The notes beneath the pieces were generated by a model. That model did not search any database, had not been told where the DNA came from, and saw only the letters and a program-made list of their open reading frames with translations. Positions 56,200 to 64,000 of a DNA stretch of 64,000 bases are shown in pieces. Numbering within the stretch: position 1 is the stretch's first letter; every line of letters starts with the position of its first letter. This DNA is from Candidatus Omnitrophota bacterium (GTDB lineage: Bacteria; Omnitrophota; Gorgyraeia; Gygaellales; Profunditerraquicolaceae), in NCBI GenBank assembly GCA_043823435.1, contig JBDRAV010000013.1:1012-65011 (forward strand), given 5' to 3'. Both the position numbers and the translations under genes were made by a program.

Positions 56200-56517
56200 A
56201 TGGCAGATGAAACAATAAAACCGGAGACACCAAATCCGGAACCACCAAAGGAAGAACAGCCGAAGCCCGAGACACCTAAGCCTGAGGCACCGAAAGAGGA
56301 AGCGCCGAAGCCTGAGACACCTAAACCTGAGGCACCGAAAGAACAGCCAAAACCTCAGGCCCCGCAACCAAAGCCCGTAGAAGAAAAACAGACTAATTGC
56401 CTGGCCTGCAATAAACCCATCAGAAAACTAAAACGTTACTACCGCGACGGTAAATTCTACTGTAACAAAAGATGCTGGCGCAAGAGCACACAAAAGCCAG
56501 AGGAAAAAAAGGCATGA
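56200..56517 (+). CDS. Pro/Glu/Lys-repeat protein with C-terminal TRASH/YHS-like zinc ribbon
   Basis: 105 aa, PKPETPKPEAPKE repeats, then CLAC-x17-CNKRC (C-x2-C-x17-C-x3-C). Confidence 0.5.
   Translation: MADETIKPETPNPEPPKEEQPKPETPKPEAPKEEAPKPETPKPEAPKEQPKPQAPQPKPVEEKQTNCLACNKPIRKLKRYYRDGKFYCNKRCWRKSTQKPEEKKA
56260..56342 (+). repeat. 45-nt in-frame tandem duplication inside the CDS
   Basis: CCGAAGCC[C/T]GAGACACCTAA[G/A]CCTGAGGCACCGAAAGA occurs at 56260 and at 56305. Confidence 0.8.
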
Positions 56518-56876
56518 AAAAGAAGGGCAGCGAAAGAAGGCGATACCCCAGGATAGACCAAGGGCTCCCTATTAAAATAGCGGCTGACGGCTATGATTTC
56601 ATTACCAGCACGCAGAATGTCAGCTGTGTCGGGGCATATTGCCATTTAGATAAATATATACCGCCTTTTACCAAGATCGCGGTTAAGCTCAACCTCCCCC
56701 TGATGTCTGAAGGGAAGATGAAGAATATCGAAGTTGACTGTAACGGCGTGATCGTAAGGAGCGAAGATGAAACAAAGGGCGGATTCAATGTCGCCGTATT
56801 TTTTAACCATATAAATGAAAGCCAGCGTAAGAAAATAGCCCAATACGTCAATCAATTCTTGCCCAAAAACTCCTGA
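56514..56876 (+). CDS. PilZ-domain protein
   Basis: ATG 56514 (ATGA overlap with the upstream gene). ERRRYPR and QNVSCVG match the RxxxR / (D/N)xSxxG c-di-GMP motifs. Confidence 0.75.
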   Translation: MKKKGSERRRYPRIDQGLPIKIAADGYDFITSTQNVSCVGAYCHLDKYIPPFTKIAVKLNLPLMSEGKMKNIEVDCNGVIVRSEDETKGGFNVAVFFNHINESQRKKIAQYVNQFLPKNS

Positions 56877-56891
56877 AATCCTCTGGGAGAT

Positions 56892-57590
56892 ATGCCAAGC
56901 CGCGCCATTTTTAATATCTTAGGGCTTTTCGGAATAATCTTTCTCGTTATCACGACGAACAGCTACGCAGGGAGCCCGGACATGAAAATAAAATTAACTC
57001 CCGACAGGTTAGAAGGCAAAAGCCTCTCCCTATTGCTGAAAGAACGCTACTCCTGCCGCAATTTTCAGGATAAGGTCTTAAAATTAGAAAACATATCAGC
57101 GCTTCTGTGGGCGGCCTGCGGAAAAAAACATGACTCCTTAACAGGCGCTAGCAGGACAATCCCTTCGGCAGGCGCAACCTATCCTCTGGAATTATATTTA
57201 GTGACAGGAGAAAACAGCGTAAAAGGACTCCATGCCGGCGTATACCATTACCTAATTGACGAGCACGCCTTAGAGGTTATTATTAAAGGCGATGAGAGGG
57301 AAAGGTTAATGCGCGCCTGCCTAGGCCAGGATTCTATTTACGCGGCGCCCGCATCGCTAGTGATTGCAGCCAGATTCGTCAACACTACAGGCCGTTACGG
57401 CGCAAGGGGAGAGCGTTACGTACATATGGAAGCTGGTCACGCCGGGCAGAACATTTACCTTGCGTGCGTTAACATGGGCCTGGCAACCTGCGAAGTTGGG
57501 GCATTTGACGACGAGGCGGTACGCAGCGTCATAAACTCAAACAAAGACCTTGTACCCCTGCTGATTATGCCCGTAGGCTCCCCTGAATAA
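56892..57590 (+). CDS. SagB/ThcOx-type nitroreductase-fold protein with N-terminal signal/TM segment
   Basis: 232 aa, ...RYSCRNFQD...LLWAACG...AGATYPLELYLV.... Confidence 0.68.
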   Translation: MPSRAIFNILGLFGIIFLVITTNSYAGSPDMKIKLTPDRLEGKSLSLLLKERYSCRNFQDKVLKLENISALLWAACGKKHDSLTGASRTIPSAGATYPLELYLVTGENSVKGLHAGVYHYLIDEHALEVIIKGDERERLMRACLGQDSIYAAPASLVIAARFVNTTGRYGARGERYVHMEAGHAGQNIYLACVNMGLATCEVGAFDDEAVRSVINSNKDLVPLLIMPVGSPE

Positions 57591-57598
57591 AGACCCGA

Positions 57599-58141
57599 GT
57601 GGGAAAATTAAGAAAACACTATCCGGTAAAACTGGTCATCGGATTTATCTTCCGGGACAAAAAAGTATTTGATAAAGCAAGGGGCGTCCTGGAAAAAGAA
57701 TTCGGCAGGATAGATTTTGAAAGCAGGGCACTGGCCTTTACGTTCACCGATTATTACGAAGCCGAATTCGGCACGAACCTTAAAAGAAAATTTATCAGTT
57801 TTAAAGATCTCGCCCGCCCTCAGGAACTTGCCCGTATAAAAAACAGGACCAATGTAATAGAGAAAAAATTATCCAGAAAGGACAAGCGCCTTGTGAATAT
57901 TGACCCCGGTTATCTGGATATGGCAAAGCTTGTGCTCGCCTCAACCAAAGACTATAACCACCGCATATATCTGGATAAGGGTATATACGCAGAGATAACC
58001 CTTACCTACCGCAATAAAAGTTTCATCCCCTGGGAGTGGACTTATGCCGATTATAAATCAGCCGGTTATATCGGTATATTCAACCGTATCAGGGATATTT
58101 ATGCCGGACAGGCCAAAGAAAAATGTATCCCGCGTATTTAA
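57599..58141 (+). CDS. DUF4416-like protein
   Basis: 180 aa, GTG start, ...YPVKLVIGFIF...DYYEAEFG.... Family assignment is from memory. Confidence 0.45.
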   Translation: MGKLRKHYPVKLVIGFIFRDKKVFDKARGVLEKEFGRIDFESRALAFTFTDYYEAEFGTNLKRKFISFKDLARPQELARIKNRTNVIEKKLSRKDKRLVNIDPGYLDMAKLVLASTKDYNHRIYLDKGIYAEITLTYRNKSFIPWEWTYADYKSAGYIGIFNRIRDIYAGQAKEKCIPRI

Positions 58142-59076
58142 AATCGTGCCGTAACGGCAGACTGGAGAAGCTCTCCGAGGAAGCATTGATGATGCTTGAA
58201 TCCTGCCGCATCTGCCCGAGGCTCTGCAAGGTTAATCGTCTTAAGAACGAAAGGGGATTTTGCAAGACAGGGCTTAATGCCAGGGTGTGCAGTTTTATGC
58301 CCCATCACGGCGAAGAACCTCCTATATCAGGAGAGCGCGGTTCAGGAACGATATTCTTCTCAGGCTGCAATATGGCCTGTGCTTATTGCCAGAACTATGA
58401 ATTCAGCCAGTTAGGCGAAGGTAGGGAGGTCGAACCCGAAGAATTAGCCGGTTTTATGCTGCAATTGCAGAATATGGGGTGCCACAATATAAATCTGGTT
58501 ACTCCCACCCACGTTATGCCTCAGATATTAAAGAGCCTTGCTCTCGCCATATCCAAGGGCCTTAATATCCCGTTAGTTTATAATACCGGAGGGTACGAAT
58601 CAGCCCGGATGCTAGGTCTCCTTGAGGGGATAGTGGATGTATACCTCGTTGACATGCGCTATGCCGATAATGCTACGGCAATAAAATATTCTTCGGCCCC
58701 GGATTATCCAGCGTTAAACCGGAAAGCCGTGAAAGAGATACACAGGCAGGCAGGAATAGCCCAAATTGACGATAAAGGCCTGGCCAGGAGAGGAGTAATT
58801 ATAAGGCACCTGGTTATGCCTGATAATATATCGGGCACGCGCAAGACAATGAAGTTTATAGCAGAGGAGGTCTCGAGGGATACATATATCAGCCTGATGA
58901 GCCAGTATTTTCCCTGTTACAAAGCGGGGGAGATCAAGGAGCTCGCGCGCCGCATCAGGGCTGATGAATATGATGGCACCATAGGGATAATGGAAGAATA
59001 CGGATTGCATAACGGTTGGACCCAGGAAGACGGGGGGCTGGAGAGGTTTGCAGGTACTAATATAAAACCGGTATAA
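58123..59076 (+). CDS. Radical SAM protein, PflX (COG1313) type
   Basis: 317 aa, ...CRICPRLCKVNRL...GFC...; radical-SAM motif CNMACAYCQN. Confidence 0.8.
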   Translation: MYPAYLKSCRNGRLEKLSEEALMMLESCRICPRLCKVNRLKNERGFCKTGLNARVCSFMPHHGEEPPISGERGSGTIFFSGCNMACAYCQNYEFSQLGEGREVEPEELAGFMLQLQNMGCHNINLVTPTHVMPQILKSLALAISKGLNIPLVYNTGGYESARMLGLLEGIVDVYLVDMRYADNATAIKYSSAPDYPALNRKAVKEIHRQAGIAQIDDKGLARRGVIIRHLVMPDNISGTRKTMKFIAEEVSRDTYISLMSQYFPCYKAGEIKELARRIRADEYDGTIGIMEEYGLHNGWTQEDGGLERFAGTNIKPV

Positions 59077-59095
59077 AGAGGCCTTAAGGGAGAGG

Positions 59096-59590
59096 ATGAA
59101 AAGAATAACGGGTGGTATTTCGAGGTTCCTGAGATTGGTCTATCTGAAGCTCTTCAGGATCCATGATACGCCCCAGAAGATAGCCCTGGGTTTAGGGATA
59201 GGCGTTTTCATGGGGCTTATACCCGGGACCGGGCCGATTGCCGCGGTCTTCGTGGCGATAGCCCTGCGGGTGAACCGCGCCTCTGCCTTGTTAGCCAGCC
59301 TGCTCACTAATACCTGGCTAAGTATTTTAACATTCTTCTTGTCAATCAAAACAGGTTCGGCTATAATGCAAGTAGATTGGCAGGATGCGCACAGGAACTG
59401 GACACATTTCCTGAAAGATTTCAGCACCGCAACCCTATTTAAATCAGCGACTTTAAAGGTTATCCTACCGGTGATAATCGGATATCTGGTAGTGGGGTTC
59501 TGTATCGGATTAACAACTTATGCGATTGCATTATTAGTAATCACGCGGATAAGAGATGAAAATAAGGGCAGAATTAACCTTTCCGGCTGA
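59096..59590 (+). CDS. DUF2062-like membrane protein
   Basis: 164 aa, ...IALGLGIGVFMGLIPGTGP.... Confidence 0.55.
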   Translation: MKRITGGISRFLRLVYLKLFRIHDTPQKIALGLGIGVFMGLIPGTGPIAAVFVAIALRVNRASALLASLLTNTWLSILTFFLSIKTGSAIMQVDWQDAHRNWTHFLKDFSTATLFKSATLKVILPVIIGYLVVGFCIGLTTYAIALLVITRIRDENKGRINLSG

Positions 59591-59786
59591 GCTGAAAGAT
59601 AGGCCGATAATATGTGACCTCTGCAAGAAATTTGATATCATTTTAAATATAGTGGAAGCGTCTTTCTCCACGGCGACAGGCTGGTCAATATTGATACTGG
59701 AAGGTGCCGAGGATGAAGTGGAAAGGGCGTTTAGACATTTAAAAGATACGGGCGCGATAATCACGGATAAACGGGAAACCGCCTGA
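59556..59786 (+). CDS. Small NIL-domain-like protein
   Basis: 76 aa. Overlaps the upstream gene by 35 nt. Family assignment is from memory. Confidence 0.45.
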   Translation: MKIRAELTFPAELKDRPIICDLCKKFDIILNIVEASFSTATGWSILILEGAEDEVERAFRHLKDTGAIITDKRETA

Positions 59787-59821
59787 GAAAAACCTCCCGT
59801 CATTTCCGGGTAAATCTTTAT

Positions 59822-59845
59822 AAAAGAAGGGTGCCTTTTTTATTA
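59822..59845 (+). terminator. Possible weak intrinsic terminator
   Basis: AAAAGAAGG-GTG-CCTTTTTT followed by ATTATT. AT-rich stem with one mismatch. Confidence 0.35.
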
Positions 59846-59858
59846 TTAGGAAGCGCTT

Positions 59859-60644
59859 ATGCTTAAAACAAAAACCCCGCATCTATCAATTCTCCTGCCT
59901 CTTCTTATCCTCATCCTGATAGCGCTCTTGTTCCTAAGGGAAAAAATTAATATCTACACCGGTAATTCCCAGCGGCTAACCTCAAAAGCAATCCTTCCGG
60001 TTAATAATACAGAAAATGATCTATCCCATTACGTCGGGGAAAGAATAACCTATGATGTAAAGATGGGCGGGATGCGTTTGGGAAAAGCAAGCTCTAATAT
60101 TCTGGCAAATGAAAAGCTTAACGGCAGGTCTTTGAATGTCATGACCATGGATACCAGATTGACCAATTTTAATGATAGCGAGAAGATTTACAGTGACCCG
60201 AAGACGCTTTTGCCCGTAAAGGTGGAGCGGAATATACTGAATTTTATCAGCCGCGAAAAGATAACCGAGGATTACGACCAGGATAATTTTACCGTTACCA
60301 TTATCAAGCGTAAAGGCGCAAAAGATCAGAGGCTGGTAATCAAAAAAGAAGGCCATATCAATAACGCCGTACTCCTGCCTTATTATGTCCGGAGCCTGCC
60401 CGCACTTGAAGTAGGCAAGATCATAACCGCCAACCTCCCTACGCGCAACCTAGAGATAAAACTGGTCGCGATAGAAGATGTAAAGGTCCCTGCTGGGACA
60501 TTTAAGGCCTACCGTTTTCAAAGCACTCCCAAGCATATCACGATATGGATAAGCGCCGACGAGCGCAGGATCCCTCTCAAGATAGTGGGGAGCGGGCTAA
60601 TGAGTTATTCCATGTTCATGCGCGAATATACCCCCGGATCATAA
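59859..60644 (+). CDS. DUF3108-like protein
   Basis: 261 aa, N-terminal TM/signal segment, beta-rich. Confidence 0.5.
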   Translation: MLKTKTPHLSILLPLLILILIALLFLREKINIYTGNSQRLTSKAILPVNNTENDLSHYVGERITYDVKMGGMRLGKASSNILANEKLNGRSLNVMTMDTRLTNFNDSEKIYSDPKTLLPVKVERNILNFISREKITEDYDQDNFTVTIIKRKGAKDQRLVIKKEGHINNAVLLPYYVRSLPALEVGKIITANLPTRNLEIKLVAIEDVKVPAGTFKAYRFQSTPKHITIWISADERRIPLKIVGSGLMSYSMFMREYTPGS

Positions 60645-60656
60645 TATTGACCGAAA

Positions 60657-61178
60657 GTGCGCCAAAGACTATCTAAAATTACTATAGGCTTAGGTGTTTA
60701 TATTGTGATATCGGCAGCCTTTATGCTTCAGGTAAGAAATTGGCTGTTTAAGGCTTTCGGCGGCCCCGCCGTTATAACTGCTTTTAAGTTCTGTTTTATT
60801 TCAGTCTTCCTTTACGCTTTAATATACGCTTTCAGAAAACGCATCGGCCCGGCCAGGATCAGCCTGATAGCATTATTATTTGCTGGCGCCTATCTCTTTG
60901 CTGTGTGGCAACCGTATTTTTCAGAGAAGACGCATCTTTTAACCTACGGCCTGGTAGGATATCTGTCAGCAAACGATCTGGTTAAACTCCGGGAGCGCCA
61001 GCGAACGAAAATCCTGGCAGGGGGGATAATCTTCGTTTCTCTGGTAAGTGCCCTGGATGAGCTGTTTCAGGCTATGCTGCCATACCGCATTGGCGAACTG
61101 AGGGATTTTATCACAAATATAATCAGCGGGGGGACGGGAATGGCTTTATTGTTCATATTGCGTAAGCCGGGCATATGA
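60657..61178 (+). CDS. VanZ-like membrane protein
   Basis: 173 aa, GTG start, 4-5 TM, ...ALDELFQAMLPYRIGELRDF.... Confidence 0.55.
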   Translation: MRQRLSKITIGLGVYIVISAAFMLQVRNWLFKAFGGPAVITAFKFCFISVFLYALIYAFRKRIGPARISLIALLFAGAYLFAVWQPYFSEKTHLLTYGLVGYLSANDLVKLRERQRTKILAGGIIFVSLVSALDELFQAMLPYRIGELRDFITNIISGGTGMALLFILRKPGI

Positions 61179-61250
61179 AACCCCTTTACTTGTTGTATAA
61201 ATAGCGGCGGTTTGTTATAATTAAAACATTAAGTTAAAAAAGGAGTTTCG

Positions 61251-61583
61251 ATGAATTTAGTGACTATAATCATCGTGGTGGTCGTAGTGATTATTATCTG
61301 GGTGGCGCAGAGCATAAAAACAGGGAAAATGCAGATTCTCTCGGACAAAAAGAAGCAGAAAGAGGATCTGGAAACAGCAGCAAGAAGGAGTCGCCTGGCA
61401 AAAGAAGATATGCTTGAACAAAAAGAAGTAATTAAACACCGCACAGAAGTCGATAAGGCAGAACGCGAGGCCACGGAGAATAGGAAGCTCAGAGAAGAAG
61501 AATTAAGGCAGAAGATAGAAGAGAGGAAGAGGTATGGGCCCGAGGAAGACAAGACAAGAAAAGAAGAAATTGATAGAAAATAG
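61251..61583 (+). CDS. Hypothetical single-TM protein with highly charged coiled-coil tail
   Basis: 110 aa, TM IIIVVVVVIIIWV followed by a K/E/R-rich region. Confidence 0.5.
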   Translation: MNLVTIIIVVVVVIIIWVAQSIKTGKMQILSDKKKQKEDLETAARRSRLAKEDMLEQKEVIKHRTEVDKAEREATENRKLREEELRQKIEERKRYGPEEDKTRKEEIDRK

Positions 61584-61616
61584 AAGCAAAGGGAAAAACG
61601 TCAAGGGGGTGTGTTA

Positions 61617-61982
61617 ATGGCCATATTGGTAAAGTTGCTCGGTATTATTATACTGGCTCTTGGCGTTGTGTTTCTAATAAACCCGGATATGGTAAAGAAA
61701 TATATGCTTTTCTGGACAAAAGGAAGAATGATTTATGCGGGAGCTGCTGTAGCTGCCTTGATAGGCATGGTCCTGTTAATTGCTGCCTCGCAATGCAGGC
61801 TTGCCTGGTTTGTGAGCCTGATGGGGATCGTGTCGATCATCAAGGGAGCATATATTTTTGCCTTCGGGCAAAAGAGCCTGACATCCATGATGAACTGGTG
61901 GATAGAGAAACCGACTCTCGCTTTGCGTTTCGTCGGCCTCTTTGAGCTAATGCTTGGCGCGCTTTTTATCTACGCGGCATAG
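61617..61982 (+). CDS. Hypothetical membrane protein (3-4 TM)
   Basis: ATG 61617 lies 7 nt after AAGGGGG. The ORF track uses GTG 61611. Confidence 0.5.
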   Translation: MAILVKLLGIIILALGVVFLINPDMVKKYMLFWTKGRMIYAGAAVAALIGMVLLIAASQCRLAWFVSLMGIVSIIKGAYIFAFGQKSLTSMMNWWIEKPTLALRFVGLFELMLGALFIYAA

Positions 61983-62066
61983 CGCCCTATCCATACGATT
62001 GCACCTTAACAGAAAAAACGATTTCAGCATTACCTCTTCTCTGGTATACTCTTTTTAGGGATTACG

Positions 62067-62489
62067 ATGGGATCCGGTATCAGCAAATTTAAAGAAAAGC
62101 AGTTAAGAGAGAAGATGCACCGCCTGGGTATCCGCGAGCAGGACCTGGAAGAGAAATTTATCCGCTCAGGCGGCAGGGGAGGCCAGAACGTCAACAAGGT
62201 ATCCACCTGCGTCTATCTAAGGCATATACCCACCGGCATAGAAGTAAAATGCCAGAAGGAGCGCTACCAGGGAATAAACAGGTTCCTGGCCAGGAGGATC
62301 CTGGCGGATAAGGTAGAGGCAATAATACTTGGCAGATTATCCGAAGAGAAAAAACGCATAGCAAAGATAAGAAAACAGAAACAAAGGCGCTCTAAGCGGA
62401 CAAAAGAGAAGATATTAAGGCTCAAGAAGAAACGGGCAGAGAAAAAGAAGATGCGCTCCTTCCGGCCCGGGGCAGATGAATTTCATTAA
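62067..62489 (+). CDS. GGQ-domain peptidyl-tRNA hydrolase (ArfB/RF-1-domain-like)
   Basis: 140 aa, [14 protein letters not shown] plus a long basic C-terminal tail. Confidence 0.75.
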   Translation: MGSGISKFKEKQLREKMHRLGIREQDLEEKFIRSGGRGGQNVNKVSTCVYLRHIPTGIEVKCQKERYQGINRFLARRILADKVEAIILGRLSEEKKRIAKIRKQKQRRSKRTKEKILRLKKKRAEKKKMRSFRPGADEFH

Positions 62490-62504
62490 ACAGGGAGAGT
62501 GGTT

Positions 62505-63572
62505 ATGGCAAAGAGAACAAAAAGATCACTGAGAATGTCTGGATTAACGCCCGGGACGATACTGCACGCGGGGAAGAAGAAACCCGAAGGGATAAGGGTT
62601 ACCATTATCGATTACAATGAGGCTCAGTTCCAGGAGAAGGAAGTGAAGAAAGCTGAAGAGTGTTTCCCCTTTAAAGATAAGCCTACGGTGACCTGGATAA
62701 ATATAGACGGCCTGGATGATTTTGCAATTATGGAGAAGGTGGGCAAGCACTTTAATATGCACCCTATGGTGCTGGAGGATATAGTCAATACCACCCAGCG
62801 CCCGAAGTTCGAAGAATTCGAAGAGTATCTCTATATCGTCCTGAAGATGTTCTATATTAACGAAAATGATAACGAGATACACACAGAACAGGTGAGCCTG
62901 ATATTAGGCCCAAGCTTCGTCATCTCCTTCCAGGAGAGCCAGGGTGGTGACGTTTTTAATCCGGTCAGGGAGCGTATCAGGACTGCCAAAGGCCGCATCA
63001 GAAAGATGGGAGCTGACTATCTTGCCTATGCGCTCTTTGATTCCATAGTGGACAGCTACTACCAGATAATGGAGAGGATGGGGGAGAAGATAGAGGAGAT
63101 TGAGGATGAACTGGTGTTTAACCCTACCCCTGAGACCCTGCAGACGATACACGACTTAAAGAGGGATACGATCTTCCTGCGCAAGTCTGTCTGGCCCTTA
63201 AGAGAGGTAGCCGGCGGCTTACAAAGGTCGGAATCAAAACTGATACAGGAATCAACCGAGATATATTTAAGGGATGTCTATGACCACACCATCCAGGTAA
63301 TAGATACCATAGAGACCTTCAGGGATATGATCTCCGGGATGCTCGATATCTACCTCTCCAGCCTGAGCAACAGGATGAACGAGGTAATGAAAGTACTCAC
63401 CATTATCGCCACAATATTCATCCCCATTACCTTTATCTCCGGGGTTTACGGAATGAACTTCAGGTATATGCCGGAATTAAACTGGCACTGGGCTTATTTC
63501 GGGGCACTGGGCCTTATGCTTATGGTTGTTATCACCATGCTCATCTACTTTAAAAGGAAAAAGTGGATTTAA
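62505..63572 (+). CDS. corA: Magnesium/cobalt transporter CorA
   Basis: GVYGMNF motif and two C-terminal TM segments. ATG 62505 (the ORF track uses GTG 62499). Confidence 0.93.
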   Translation: MAKRTKRSLRMSGLTPGTILHAGKKKPEGIRVTIIDYNEAQFQEKEVKKAEECFPFKDKPTVTWINIDGLDDFAIMEKVGKHFNMHPMVLEDIVNTTQRPKFEEFEEYLYIVLKMFYINENDNEIHTEQVSLILGPSFVISFQESQGGDVFNPVRERIRTAKGRIRKMGADYLAYALFDSIVDSYYQIMERMGEKIEEIEDELVFNPTPETLQTIHDLKRDTIFLRKSVWPLREVAGGLQRSESKLIQESTEIYLRDVYDHTIQVIDTIETFRDMISGMLDIYLSSLSNRMNEVMKVLTIIATIFIPITFISGVYGMNFRYMPELNWHWAYFGALGLMLMVVITMLIYFKRKKWI

Positions 63573-63584
63573 GTTTTTGGAGGT

Positions 63585-63788
63585 ATGCCGGTGTATTTTA
63601 AATGGTTTCTTGTGCTTCTGTTGCTGCTAATCTTGGTGGTCTTTACCGCACAGAACTATGAAGTGGTCAGGATACATTTCCTCTTCTGGTCCTTTCAAAC
63701 CAGCAGGGCGATCATAATATTCTTGGCTTTACTGATAGGGATTATTATCGGGTGTATCGGCTGCGCTGTTATGAAAAGAAGGGGATAG
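63585..63788 (+). CDS. LapA/DUF1049-like small membrane protein
   Basis: 67 aa, two TM segments. Confidence 0.5.
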   Translation: MPVYFKWFLVLLLLLILVVFTAQNYEVVRIHFLFWSFQTSRAIIIFLALLIGIIIGCIGCAVMKRRG

Positions 63789-63793
63789 TAAGG

Positions 63794-64000
63794 ATGTTCG
63801 TAAAGGTATATTCCACTCCCAATCAGGGAGAGGTAGCGCTTATCAAGTCTCTCCTGGACGCTCAAGGAATATCCTATTATATCAAGGGAGAGAATTTCGG
63901 CTCCCTTTACGGTGCCGCAAACGGGCTCTCCTCAATGGACATAATGGTCAATGATGACCGCTTGGAAGAATCAAAAGAGCTGTTGAAAGAATTTATAAAA
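63794..64000 (+). CDS. DUF2007-like protein (3' end beyond window)
   Basis: ATG 63794 after SD AAGGA, open to the window end: MFVKVYSTPNQGEVALIKSLLDAQGISYYIKGENF.... Confidence 0.45.
   Translation, partial: MFVKVYSTPNQGEVALIKSLLDAQGISYYIKGENFGSLYGAANGLSSMDIMVNDDRLEESKELLKEFIK

Noticed and set aside
56892-59076. TOMM/RiPP biosynthetic cluster (SagB-type dehydrogenase plus radical SAM)
   Set aside because: There is no YcaO cyclodehydratase, no plausible precursor peptide ORF, and no transporter or protease. The SagB-fold protein appears secreted or membrane-anchored.

Overview
This is a 64-kb core-genome window from a Gram-negative bacterium. TonB-dependent receptor, heptose/LpxL-type genes and a PVC-type 'small basic protein' point that way; a PVC/Omnitrophota-like origin is only my guess. 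All 94 CDS and the one tRNA I can support lie on the + strand. Gene order is: 3' end of fusA, tuf, then the S10-spc-alpha ribosomal super-operon (rpsJ to rplQ, with secY, adk, map, infA, rpmJ, rpoA and no rpmD). An aminotransferase follows, then a LeuC-like / pilT / LeuD-like / IDH-family / mdh / lpdA / lipB / orphan lipoyl-domain block and a glycolipid trio (MGDG-synthase-like, LpxL-family acyltransferase, GT2). Next come pcm and a corrinoid neighbourhood: cobO, small membrane proteins, and a cobalamin riboswitch with terminator ahead of a Dph6-like PP-loop ATPase, a BtuB-like receptor and TonB. The rest runs rpsU, a TIM-barrel gene plus Memo, aroQ-pepP-efp-accB-accC, Asp23/AmaP, pfk, gmhA, rfaE-II, thiC, tRNA-Gly(CCC), a translationally overlapped NlpD / ATPase / phosphoesterase / HIT / dGTPase / HD-GYP chain, aroB, and mostly hypothetical small genes ending in an arfB-like gene and corA. 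I see no CRISPR array, transposase, integrase, prophage or recognisable defence system. The one structure that gene annotation does not explain is a family of ~90-nt bipartite (two-hairpin) intergenic repeats. At least 10 units sit at 7 gene junctions, three of them inside the ribosomal super-operon, including a 3 x 92-bp tandem array before secY. The repeats show compensatory stem changes between copies, TAA flanks that reconstruct tight stop/start junctions, and SD-less start codons 1-4 nt after the repeat tail. Functional calls rest on my recognition of conserved protein motifs and operon order; no database search was run.
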